Source: Opitutaceae bacterium
GTDB taxonomy: Bacteria > Verrucomicrobiota > Verrucomicrobiia > Opitutales > Opitutaceae
Reading direction: 5' to 3'
DNA: 64,000 nucleotides
NCBI GenBank assembly: GCA_036675625.1
Contig: JAKFEQ010000066.1
Location: forward strand, 47,725-111,724
Shown here piece after piece: positions 41,901-49,849 of the stretch (position 1 is the first letter of the stretch; every line of letters starts with the position of its first letter). Position numbers and translations under genes: made by a program. Below the pieces are notes generated by a model. The model made no database searches. It was not told the DNA's origin and worked only from the letters and a program-made list of their open reading frames with translations.

Positions 41901-42680
41901 TTCACGGTGCGGGAGGGATGGCCCGTGCGGCGCGTGCAGGTGCGCGGAATCGGGCCGGCACTCGAGCGCTTCGGCGTGACCGACGCGTTGCAGCGACCGC
42001 GGCTTGATGTGTTCGACGAGCAGGGGCGGGTGATCGGACGGAGCAACGGCTGGGAAAAATCGATTTTCGCCCCGGAGCAGGACGCGTTGTTCGAGCGGGT
42101 GGGAGCGTTTCCGCTCGAACGAGGCGCCGTCGATACCGCGCTGTTGCTGGATCTGCAGCCGGGAAGTTACACGGCGCGGCTTGCGGGCCTCGACGGTGCG
42201 ATCGGCGAGGGGCTGATCGAGTTGTACGAGGACGACAATCGGTCCGAGCGGATCACCAACATGTCGTCGCGCGTGTTCGTCGGCGACGGCGAGAGTGGGG
42301 CGGCGATCGCGGGTTTCGCGGTGGTGGGGCCGGTGTCGAAACGCGTGTTGCTCCGAGCCTCGGGACCGGCGCTGACGGGCTTCGGCGTGGCTGGCGCGCT
42401 GGTAGATCCGTGGTTCGAGGTGCGTGCGGCGGACGGTCGCGTGGTGGCGGGGAATGACGATTGGGGTATCGTGACCGGTCGATCGGGCGCGATGGAAGCC
42501 GGCACGGTCGAGGAGTTATCCAGGCTTATGGCGGACGTGGGGGCTTTTCCCTTCGCGTCCGCCAGCAAGGACGCCGCGCTCGTCGTGACGCTGCCGCCGG
42601 GAATCTATTCGCTGGTCGCCCGCGGGAGTGAATCCGGAGGCGGTGTGGCGCTGTTGGAGATCTACGAAGTGGACGAGTGA
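38970..42680 (+). CDS. Large secreted multidomain protein (YCF48-like repeats, Ig I-set domains, delta-60-like repeats, tandem NLSTR C-terminal domains)
   Basis: Signal peptide; repeats of FVAVG..G.IL.S.DG..W; PLAYQWFKDG Ig strand; DG..D..F repeats; FVNLSTR / ITNMSSR duplicated C-terminus. Confidence 0.8.
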   Translation: MSSRRAVFQRMRVGLLLVLVGAWVAETAAQEMWTEETSGTTASLRGIAHGLGQFVAVGRGGIVLVSTDGRRWETRVSGTSADLCAIAHAAAHFVAVGEAGVVLVSRDAVVWRRVDVESGYGAQRPYVPRRLQAVAVRPMGWFGEMHPGPIVALGDAGAATSGHPMSVKWGGQTEATAESWRGLAFGTGHEVRVGATGLVAGNTGALQVIRAGVEFNAVTFAREQFVAVGRAGRTLRSNDGQAWLDAQAPTRATLLGVGFFNDAFIAVGEAGTILRSVDARQWAMAKMGGGPALRAVAGAEDIAVAVGDEGVILRSVLAQRAPEIVASPLAAETAAGGAAAFRVVAAGSAPLAYQWFKDGRPVSGATEQALMLDRVAMDDAGAYHVRVTNAAGTVTSAAVALTVAAGARTPIVDEGFRADPTLLGHPLAMLPLADGGVVVAMRDFVDQVPLLEARPRSYVIRLRADGTIDAGFRRGFPVMDEFEQRPNFNAPVVTQLLGLADGRILAVGRFIAYNGVARAGLVRLFADGAVDESFTAPADVFDAREGALAAKAALQRDGKIVVQTPARQIIRLLQEGERDPTFVAEQPVRGLTNAFAIGADGRIFIGTYSIEGRRESVVAALLPDGANDPSFVPFMSDPVVKLHALPDGKVIVGTRFDRGPYAGWPPNPGPRFVFSTFRLQADGALDPMFAVQPVELTAPPAANGDVLVGNRFFSADGGEVAVNLGVRASNPTAAVLEPGGRLWIGGDFEVYHGVRTPRVARLNVVASENTMVPRILAAWAERPVVRIRETVTLRVAAIGPGPLTYEWRTGSSPSWEVTAEPWHAFTPDSVAQSGEFSVRVRNAAGEATSLRGSVTIVPGELRIVSQPRRVSLMEGREGRIAFELAPGSAPQWGEWYRDGMPVATMSFGGALDGGLSYLTFARVERAHAGVYTARLTDLHGATLTTEPIVVTVGDASRFVNLSTRAQVGAGDKVAILGFTVREGWPVRRVQVRGIGPALERFGVTDALQRPRLDVFDEQGRVIGRSNGWEKSIFAPEQDALFERVGAFPLERGAVDTALLLDLQPGSYTARLAGLDGAIGEGLIELYEDDNRSERITNMSSRVFVGDGESGAAIAGFAVVGPVSKRVLLRASGPALTGFGVAGALVDPWFEVRAADGRVVAGNDDWGIVTGRSGAMEAGTVEELSRLMADVGAFPFASASKDAALVVTLPPGIYSLVARGSESGGGVALLEIYEVDE

Positions 42681-42821
42681 TTTCGAATGTGCTGCCCGCG
42701 GACCTCGTGGGTCGGGAGCGTGCGGGTTACAGAACGTAACAGTGGGACGTCGCCGCGGCGTTCCACTGCGGCCTTGTGCTTTCGGGATTCCTTTATTCCC
42801 TCTGACCTTCTCTCATTTTTC

Positions 42822-43965
42822 ATGATCGCTCCCGAGACCTTCAACCACATCGAAAACATCAAGAAGCGCGCCGGCCATCTATGGAGGTTTCTTTGACTGC
42901 GATCAAAAGCAGCGTGAGATAGAGGCGATGGAGGGCGAGATGGGTGCGCCCTCGTTCTGGGATAACAACGAGCGGGCGCAGAAGCACATCGCGAAGCTGA
43001 ATCTATTGAAGAAGTCGGTGCTGCCGGTCGTGGCCTTCCAAAAAAAGGTCGACGACGTCGGGGTCATGCTCGAGCTGGTCGATGCCGCCGAAGGCGCCGA
43101 GAAGGAGACCTACGCGAAAGAGCTCGATGGCCAGGTCGATGCGATGATCAAGGAGCTCGACGAGCTCGAGATCGCGTCGTTCCTCACCGGGCAGTTCGAC
43201 AAGAACAACGCGATCTTCTCGATCCAGGCGGGAGCGGGCGGCACCGAGTCGAACGATTGGGCGGACATGATGTTCCGCATGTACAATCGCTGGGCGGAGC
43301 GGCGCGGCTTCACCGTGGAGCTGCAGGACGTGCAAGTCGGCGACCAGGCGGGAATCAGCAAGGCGACAATGCTCATCAAGGGCGAAAACGCCTATGGCTA
43401 TGCCAAGGCCGAGCGTGGTGTGCACCGGCTCGTGCGGATCAGCCCGTTCGATTCGAACAAGCGGCGGCACACGTCGTTTTGCGCGGTCGATGTGATCGCC
43501 GAGGTGACCGAGGAGATCGACATGGAGATCCCGGACAGCGAAATCCGCGTCGATGTGTATCGCTCGTCGGGCAAGGGCGGCCAGGGCGTCAATACGACGG
43601 ACTCGGCCGTGCGCCTGACTCACATTCCATCGGGCATCGTGGTCGTCTGCCAGAACGAGCGCTCGCAGATCAAGAACCGTGCGACGGCGTTGAACGTGTT
43701 GAAATCGCGGCTGTATGAGAAAAAGCAGGACGAGCAGCGCGCCGAGATGGACAAGTTCTACGGCGAGAAAGGCGAGATCGGGTGGGGCAGCCAGATCCGC
43801 AGCTACGTGTTGCAGCCGTATCAGATGGTGAAGGATCTGCGCACGGGTATCAGCACGAGCGATACGCAAGGCGTGCTCGACGGCGATCTCGACCGATTCG
43901 TGAACGCCTGGTTGCGCGCGGGCTGTCCGCGCCACCGGAACAAGGACATCCAGATGGAGGAGTAG
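42822..43965 (+). CDS. prfB: Peptide chain release factor 2, programmed +1 frameshift (42822-42893 joined to 42895-43965)
   Basis: CTT TGA C slip site at 42891-42897 with upstream TGGAGG; SPF and GGQ motifs in the +1 frame. Confidence 0.97.
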
Positions 43966-43987
43966 CGCCGCCGGTGCTGCAAAATCG

Positions 43988-44010
43988 CGCTGAAGGCATT
44001 TGCTTCAGCG
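43988..44010 (+). terminator. Hairpin after prfB (no U-tract)
   Basis: CGCTGAAG-gcatttg-CTTCAGCG. Confidence 0.35.
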
Positions 44011-44018
44011 TTCAGCAA

Positions 44019-45455
44019 ATGACCTCTCTTTCCTTCGATTCGATTCAAGCGGCGCTCAGCGCGACGCCGATGTTCGAGGCGAAGACGTGGCAGCTCTCGC
44101 CCGAGGCGTGGCCGCTGACAAGGGAGCAGGTGACGCAGCTCGAGGCGATCGGCGTCGCGTGCTACGAGTTTCACCAGGCGCTGGAGACGCTTTATCTGCG
44201 TTCGGCGACGGGAAAAAACCTGCTGCGCAACAAGCCGCTGCTGGCGCCGTGGGTGGCGGATTATCTCGATCGCGGCAAACCGGCCGCGCTCGTGGCGCAC
44301 GCGCGCGACAAGAAGAACCGCGGCACGTTTCCGCCGGTGTTGCGGCCGGATTTGCTGCTGACCGACGAGGGCTTCGTGTTGACCGAGCTCGATTCGGTGC
44401 CGGGCGGGATCGGGCTCACGGCGTTTCTCAACCGCCTCTACGGTGGAGAAACTCCCGGCACATCGCCCATCCTCGGCGCAGGCGATGCGATGATTAAAAA
44501 CTTCTACGCTTCGCTCGCGGCGCTGCGGCCCGAGGCGCGAAATCCCGCGATCGCGCTTGTGGTGAGCGACGAGGCGGCGACGTATCGTCCGGAAATGCAG
44601 TGGCTGGCGCTCCAGCTGCAGTTGCAGGGCAAGCGGGTGTTTTGCCTCCGGCCGGAGGATATCTTCCCGCTGGAGGATGCGCTCTTCTTCGACGTCGAGG
44701 GCAATCCCGAGAAGATCGACATCATCTACCGGTTTTTCGAGCTGTTCGACCTCGAGAACATCCGCACCCAGAAATTCATCTTCGAGTCGTGGGAAGCGGG
44801 TGAAGTCGCGATCGCACCGCCGATGCGGCACTTCCAGGAAGAGAAGCTCGCGCTGGCGTTGTTCCACCATCACCTGCTGCAGGAATATTGGGCGGAAGCG
44901 CTGAGCGGGCGGGCGTTGAAGTTGTTGCGCACGTTGATCCCGTCGTCGTGGGTGATGGACCCGGCGCCGTTACCGCCTGGTGCGGTGCTCGATGGCCCAC
45001 GTGCGGCCAATCGTCCGCTGAACGACTGGCGCGACCTGAGCAACGCTTCGCAGAAGGAGCGCGATCTCATCATCAAGATCAGCGGGTATCATGAAACGGC
45101 GTGGGGCGCGCGCAGCGTGGTGCTCGGGAGCGACTGCTCGCGGGAGGAGTGGCAGCAGGGCGTGGAGCGGGCGATGGAGCTGGCGCCGACGAATCTCCAC
45201 GTGCTGCAAACTTACCGGAAACCGCGGTTGATCGAGCATCCGGTGTTCGAGCCGGCGGCGGGGCAAGAGGTTGCAACGGGTGCGTCGCCCGTGCCCCGCA
45301 CCAAGCCGGGCCGCCTCCGGTTGTGTCCGTATTATTTTCTCGTCGAGGGTGCGCCGCGGCTTTCCGGTGCGCTCGCGACGTTTTGCCCGCCGGACAAGAA
45401 AATCATCCACGGCATGCAAGACGCCGCCTTGCTTCCCTGCCGCGTTTTGGCCTAA
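44019..45455 (+). CDS. Circularly permuted ATP-grasp / glutathionylspermidine-synthase-like ligase
   Basis: RPD...TELDSVPGG, IYRFFE, EEKLALA, IIKISG, WGARSVVLG resemble the GspS R-x-D, E-x-N, Lys and Gly-loop elements. Confidence 0.6.
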   Translation: MTSLSFDSIQAALSATPMFEAKTWQLSPEAWPLTREQVTQLEAIGVACYEFHQALETLYLRSATGKNLLRNKPLLAPWVADYLDRGKPAALVAHARDKKNRGTFPPVLRPDLLLTDEGFVLTELDSVPGGIGLTAFLNRLYGGETPGTSPILGAGDAMIKNFYASLAALRPEARNPAIALVVSDEAATYRPEMQWLALQLQLQGKRVFCLRPEDIFPLEDALFFDVEGNPEKIDIIYRFFELFDLENIRTQKFIFESWEAGEVAIAPPMRHFQEEKLALALFHHHLLQEYWAEALSGRALKLLRTLIPSSWVMDPAPLPPGAVLDGPRAANRPLNDWRDLSNASQKERDLIIKISGYHETAWGARSVVLGSDCSREEWQQGVERAMELAPTNLHVLQTYRKPRLIEHPVFEPAAGQEVATGASPVPRTKPGRLRLCPYYFLVEGAPRLSGALATFCPPDKKIIHGMQDAALLPCRVLA

Positions 45456-45464
45456 ACGACGCCC

Positions 45465-48400
45465 GTGCCTACTCCAGCCGGGCCCCGTTCGAATCGAATC
45501 ATTTCCCGAAAAAACCGCGCCCTGCTCGCCGCGGCGTGGGTGGCGCTCGGAGCGGCCAACGGGGTGGCGCCCCTGCGAGCGCAGGCGGATCTCACGACGG
45601 TTCGCGCCCGGGCGGAGCAGGGCGATCCCGAGGCGCTGAACGCACTCGCGAACGCCTACGCGAATGGCCAGGGCGTCGCGCAGAGTTTCACCGAGGCCCT
45701 GCGGCTCTATCAACAGGCGGCGGAACGCGGGCTGGCGGCGGCGCAATTCAACCTCGGCATGATGCACGAACTCGGTCGCGGCGTCGCGGCCGACCTGCCG
45801 ACGGCGTTCAAGCATTACCTGAAGGCGGCGGAGCAGGGCTTCGCGCCGGCACAGTTCAACGTCGGCAACATGTTTGCCGGGGGCATCGGCGTGAAACAGG
45901 ATTACTTCGAGGCCGCGTTGTGGTTTCGCCAGGCGGCGGATCGTGGGGTGCCCGAGGCGCAGTACAATCTCGCGCTTGCCTACGAGCTGGGGCGCGGCCT
46001 CGCGAAGGACGAGCCGTCGGCGCAACGCTGGTACCGCGCGGCCGCGGACCAGGGGTATTCACGTGCCCAATACAACCTGGCGCTGATGCTCGAGGAGGGC
46101 CGCGGCTCCGCGCCCGATCCGAAGGCGGCGGTGGAGTTTTACCGTCTGGCGGCGCGGCAGAATTTCGCGCCGGCGCAAAACAACCTCGGCATCCTGCTCG
46201 CGGAAGGCCGCGGGGCGCCCGCGAATCTCATCGAGGCTTACACCTGGCTGGCACTTGCGGTGGAGAACGGCGCGAAGCCGGTCGGCCGCGATCTCGTCGC
46301 GCAACAGCTTTCCTCGGCGCAGTTGGCTGAAGCCAACATCGCGGTCGCGAAGCTGCGCGCGCAGCTCGGCCTGCGCGATCCGGCGCCCGGTGCAAACGCG
46401 GTTGTGGCCACGGCGGGTTCGGGCGGTGCGCCGGCTCCGGCATCATCACCGGGCCGTCCGGTGTCGGCACCGGTGCCCGGATCGCCTCCGCCCGAAGTCG
46501 TCGCGCTCAACACCCGCATCGTCGCCGCGGAATCCGAGGTGGAGCGCCTCCGGGCGGAAAACGCACGGCTGGCAGAAGCAGCCCGAGCCGCGTCCGCGGC
46601 CGCTCCCTCGCGTGCGGACACGGGAGCAACGCCGCCGGCCGCGGGAACAGTCGATCCTGCGACGCTCACTGCCGCCACGCTGCAACAACTCGCCGCCAGC
46701 GACGCCCGGATCGCCAAGCTCATCGCGGACAACGCGCGGCTGAACGAAGACGTCAAACGCTCGACGATCGAGCTGACACAGCTCGGCCGGCAATTACGGC
46801 TCGCGCAGCAAAAGGGTCAGAGCAGCAAAGACGGAGGCGCAGGCGCAGCCGCCGAGTTGCGAACGGCGAATGAGAAACTCACGGCCGAGAAAGCCGCGCT
46901 CGAGAAACGCGTCGCGGAGCTCAACGCCAGACCCGTCGCCGATCCCGAGGCGGCGCAGACGATGCGCGCTCAGTTGGGTGAGGCGCTCGACGAATTGACG
47001 AAATCGCGCCAGGCCAGCGAGGAACTGAAGGCGCAGTTGAGCGCGGCGCAGCAGGCACTGGCCGAGCGGACGCGCCAGCTCGAGGGAGAGTTGCAGCAGG
47101 CGAAGGAAGCGCTCGTGACGGCGCAGGCGGCCGCGACACGTGCCGCCGACGAAGCGGCCACGAAAACGAAGGCCGCTCGAGCGTCAGCCACTGGCGAGCA
47201 GGGCGAGCTGGAAAAGCTCCGCGCGGCACTTGCCGCGGCGCAGCGCGAGCAGGCGGGAACTGCAGCCGTGGCGCAGCGGCTGCGGGATTTGACCGAGCAG
47301 CTCGAGGTCGTGTCGACGGAACGGGATCGCCTTCTCCAAGCCCAGGCCACAGTCGGACCGACGCGTGAAGCGCTGGCGGAGGCCACGCGCCAGCGTGATG
47401 CCCTGGCGACTGAGAAGAGCGCGGTCGAGCAGAGGCTGGCGCAGACGAGCACGAAACTGGAGGCGCAGCTTGCGCTTGGAGAGAAGCTCGAGGAGTCGAA
47501 CGCGAACCTTGGCGCGCGGTTCGATGCGGTGGTCGCGGAGCGCGATCGTCTTGCGGCCGCGATGCAAGACGCGAGCGGCACTCGGGAATCGGTCGAGAAA
47601 CTCGGGCGCGAACTGGAGACGGCGCGCCGGACCGTGGGCGAGCTGACGGCGAAGAACGACAGCCTGCAAAAGGACCTCGAAGTTTCGAAGCAAAGCGCGG
47701 CGGCGGCGCTGGCGGCGCAGGCGGCGGCGGCGAAAGCCGGACCGTCGGACGCGCTGCAACTCGAGATGCAGACGATGCAGAATCACGTCCGCACGCTCGA
47801 AACCCAACTCGACGAAGACCGGAAAAATTCTGCGCGCGAGATCGCGACGCTGGCCTCCCAACTCCAGAACGCACGGGAAACGAGTCGCGCGCTGGGAGAA
47901 GCGAATCGCTCGCTCGTCCAGGCCAGGGGCGCCGATGAGTCCGCCACCAAGGCGGAGATCGAGGAGGCGAAGACGCGGTTGAAAACGGCGCAGGCCGAGT
48001 TGGAGACCATGCGAGCGGAGCAGACCCGGCTCCTGGCCGAGCTCGAGGCGCGAACACAGAAGCTTGCGCCGCTCGAGCAGGCGGCCGAGGCGGCGAAGGC
48101 GGAAGCGGAAAAGGCGCGCCGCGACTACGCGGAGCTGCACGCGATGCATACGCAGGCGGAACGCGCGGCGGCGCAGCACGGCTCGGCCGTCGCCGAGTTG
48201 ACCGGCCTCAACGAAAAGCTGGCGAACGAGAAAACCGCGTTCGAGACCGAGCTGGCGAAAGCGCGCCAGATTGCCGGACAGGCGCAGAGTGAAGTCGCGG
48301 AATTGCGGAGCCGCATGACGGCGGGCGATCGCGCGTTGCAGGACCAACTCGGCAAGATCAACGGTCTGATGGCCGCGAACGAGACGTTGCAGGCCGGATT

Positions 48401-49148
48401 GAAAGAGCTTGGCGCGCAAGCGGAGGCCTTGCGCGCGGAGAATGCGCGCCTGGCGAGCGCGGGCGAAGTGGTGGGGACGGTCCGGGCGGAGCTTGACGAT
48501 GTGAAAGCCAGGCTGGCGGAGGCAAAAAAATCGGGCGAGCAGCACGGGGCGACGGTCGCGGAGCTCACCGCCACGAATGACCGGCTCGCGTCCGAGGTGA
48601 AGGAGTTGCAGGGGCGGCTCGAAACCTTGCGCGCGGACAACGCGCGGCTGGCGCAGAGCGAGGTGGCGCGGCAGGAAGCCGAGCAACGCGTCGCGAGCTT
48701 GAGCGCGACGGCGGCGCAGGTTGCGACGGCGCAACGCGAGCTGGCGGGGGCGCGTGAGGAGATCGCGCGTCTTAACGAAACCGTGCAGGCGCTCGATCGC
48801 GATCGATCGACCCGCGTGGCGCAGTTGCAGCAGGAGAACGCGGCGATCGCGGCGCGTTTGCGTCAGGCGCAGGGAACGCTGGACCAAATCGCTTCGGCGG
48901 CGCGCTTCATGAATCCGGGGGCGGGCGCCAGCGCGCCGGCCGCTCCCACGCCGAAGCCGGCATCGGCTGCGACGCCGATCGTGCCGGCACCGCGGATCCA
49001 CACCGTGGCCGAGGGCGATTCGCTGACGCGAATCAGCGTGCGCTATTACGGCACAGGAAATCGCTGGCAGGAAATCTACGAGGCGAACCGCGAAAGCCTG
49101 CGCGGCGAGAATGCGTTGCGGCCGGGGCAGCGGTTGAGGATTCCGTAA
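45465..49148 (+). CDS. Secreted Sel1-repeat + long coiled-coil + C-terminal LysM protein
   Basis: Six Sel1 repeats (AQFNLG.M...G.GV..D...A..WY..AA), Ala/Glu/Leu/Gln/Arg-rich heptad region, HTVAEGDSLTRIS...LRPGQRLRIP. Confidence 0.88.
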   Translation: MPTPAGPRSNRIISRKNRALLAAAWVALGAANGVAPLRAQADLTTVRARAEQGDPEALNALANAYANGQGVAQSFTEALRLYQQAAERGLAAAQFNLGMMHELGRGVAADLPTAFKHYLKAAEQGFAPAQFNVGNMFAGGIGVKQDYFEAALWFRQAADRGVPEAQYNLALAYELGRGLAKDEPSAQRWYRAAADQGYSRAQYNLALMLEEGRGSAPDPKAAVEFYRLAARQNFAPAQNNLGILLAEGRGAPANLIEAYTWLALAVENGAKPVGRDLVAQQLSSAQLAEANIAVAKLRAQLGLRDPAPGANAVVATAGSGGAPAPASSPGRPVSAPVPGSPPPEVVALNTRIVAAESEVERLRAENARLAEAARAASAAAPSRADTGATPPAAGTVDPATLTAATLQQLAASDARIAKLIADNARLNEDVKRSTIELTQLGRQLRLAQQKGQSSKDGGAGAAAELRTANEKLTAEKAALEKRVAELNARPVADPEAAQTMRAQLGEALDELTKSRQASEELKAQLSAAQQALAERTRQLEGELQQAKEALVTAQAAATRAADEAATKTKAARASATGEQGELEKLRAALAAAQREQAGTAAVAQRLRDLTEQLEVVSTERDRLLQAQATVGPTREALAEATRQRDALATEKSAVEQRLAQTSTKLEAQLALGEKLEESNANLGARFDAVVAERDRLAAAMQDASGTRESVEKLGRELETARRTVGELTAKNDSLQKDLEVSKQSAAAALAAQAAAAKAGPSDALQLEMQTMQNHVRTLETQLDEDRKNSAREIATLASQLQNARETSRALGEANRSLVQARGADESATKAEIEEAKTRLKTAQAELETMRAEQTRLLAELEARTQKLAPLEQAAEAAKAEAEKARRDYAELHAMHTQAERAAAQHGSAVAELTGLNEKLANEKTAFETELAKARQIAGQAQSEVAELRSRMTAGDRALQDQLGKINGLMAANETLQAGLKELGAQAEALRAENARLASAGEVVGTVRAELDDVKARLAEAKKSGEQHGATVAELTATNDRLASEVKELQGRLETLRADNARLAQSEVARQEAEQRVASLSATAAQVATAQRELAGAREEIARLNETVQALDRDRSTRVAQLQQENAAIAARLRQAQGTLDQIASAARFMNPGAGASAPAAPTPKPASAATPIVPAPRIHTVAEGDSLTRISVRYYGTGNRWQEIYEANRESLRGENALRPGQRLRIP

Positions 49149-49189
49149 GCGGGTGGAAGGCGCAGCGGAAGTGGTGGGACCCCGACGCT

Positions 49190-49293
49190 CACGGGCGAGA
49201 CGCCCGTGCTACCTCAAACGACGGGCGGGCGCCCGTGCTACGGGGATGGGCGGCTTGCGCGTGATCGACGTAGCATGGGCGTCCCCGCCCATG
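49190..49293. repeat. Cluster of three REP-like palindromes ending in GCTAC/GTAGC
   Basis: CACGGGCGAGACGCCCGTGCTAC (49190), GACGGGCGGGCGCCCGTGCTAC (49220), inverted GTAGCATGGGCGTCCCCGCCCATG (49270). Confidence 0.8.
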
Positions 49294-49382
49294 GATCGGA
49301 ACAATCGCGGGAAAGGCGCAGCCCCACTCGCCGACGTGCACCGATCGGACGCCTGCGGGTGGAGTTTACCTGGACAGCGACT

Positions 49383-49640
49383 TTAGGCGGCGACGGCTTT
49401 GCGGGTGGGCGAAGGCGGATTTGTCTTTGCCGTTTCCGCGAGCTGCGCGAAGAAGGAATCCCGGCGTTCGCGCGCCACCCGAATGTCCTTTGTGCCGAGC
49501 GAGCGGCGGATCCGCTCCTTGGTGAACGGCGTGGGATGCACGGTGTAGTGCAGGAACCAGGTGCCGTGGTTGTTCCACAGGTGGTGATTCGGATTTTCCG
49601 CGCGGACGCGGATGCCGGACAGTGCGGTGAGGGCGTTCAT
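49383..49640 (-). CDS. Small basic hypothetical protein resembling integrase arm-type (DUF6538-like) DNA-binding domains
   Basis: NPNHHLWNNHGTWFLHYTV...RIRRSLGTKDIRVARERRD; directly downstream of a riboswitch-like leader. Confidence 0.7.
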   Translation of the reverse strand: MNALTALSGIRVRAENPNHHLWNNHGTWFLHYTVHPTPFTKERIRRSLGTKDIRVARERRDSFFAQLAETAKTNPPSPTRKAVAA

Positions 49641-49683
49641 GATGCGTGATTTTCTTTGTGGGAGTTATCGCGCCTCAGGCTTG

Positions 49684-49718
49684 AAAACAAAAAACCGACC
49701 TAGGCATCAGGTCGGTCT
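49684..49718 (-). terminator. Intrinsic terminator (expression platform) upstream of the 85-aa gene
   Basis: Minus strand AGACCGACCT-GATGCCT-AGGTCGGTTT-TTTGTTTT, 43 nt before the ATG. Confidence 0.85.
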
Positions 49719-49725
49719 CGTCTTC

Positions 49726-49849
49726 GGGAGCGTTCTTGGTTCGAGACTCAAGGTGAGCCTCGCACATCCGGGGTCTCCCCCGATCCACCGTGGCCGCTCC
49801 CGGCCCGGTTGGCGGAGTCGGCTTGTTAAGGCCGGCTCGTTCCTGATGC
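49726..49849 (-). ncRNA. SAM-I/IV-type riboswitch aptamer (candidate)
   Basis: Hand-folded P1 GCAUC/GAUGU, J1/2 AGGA, P2, P3 CC-AA-CC/GG-U-GG core, P4 with GAGA loop, P5, and PK-2 GGGAGC/GCUCCC. Confidence 0.8.
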
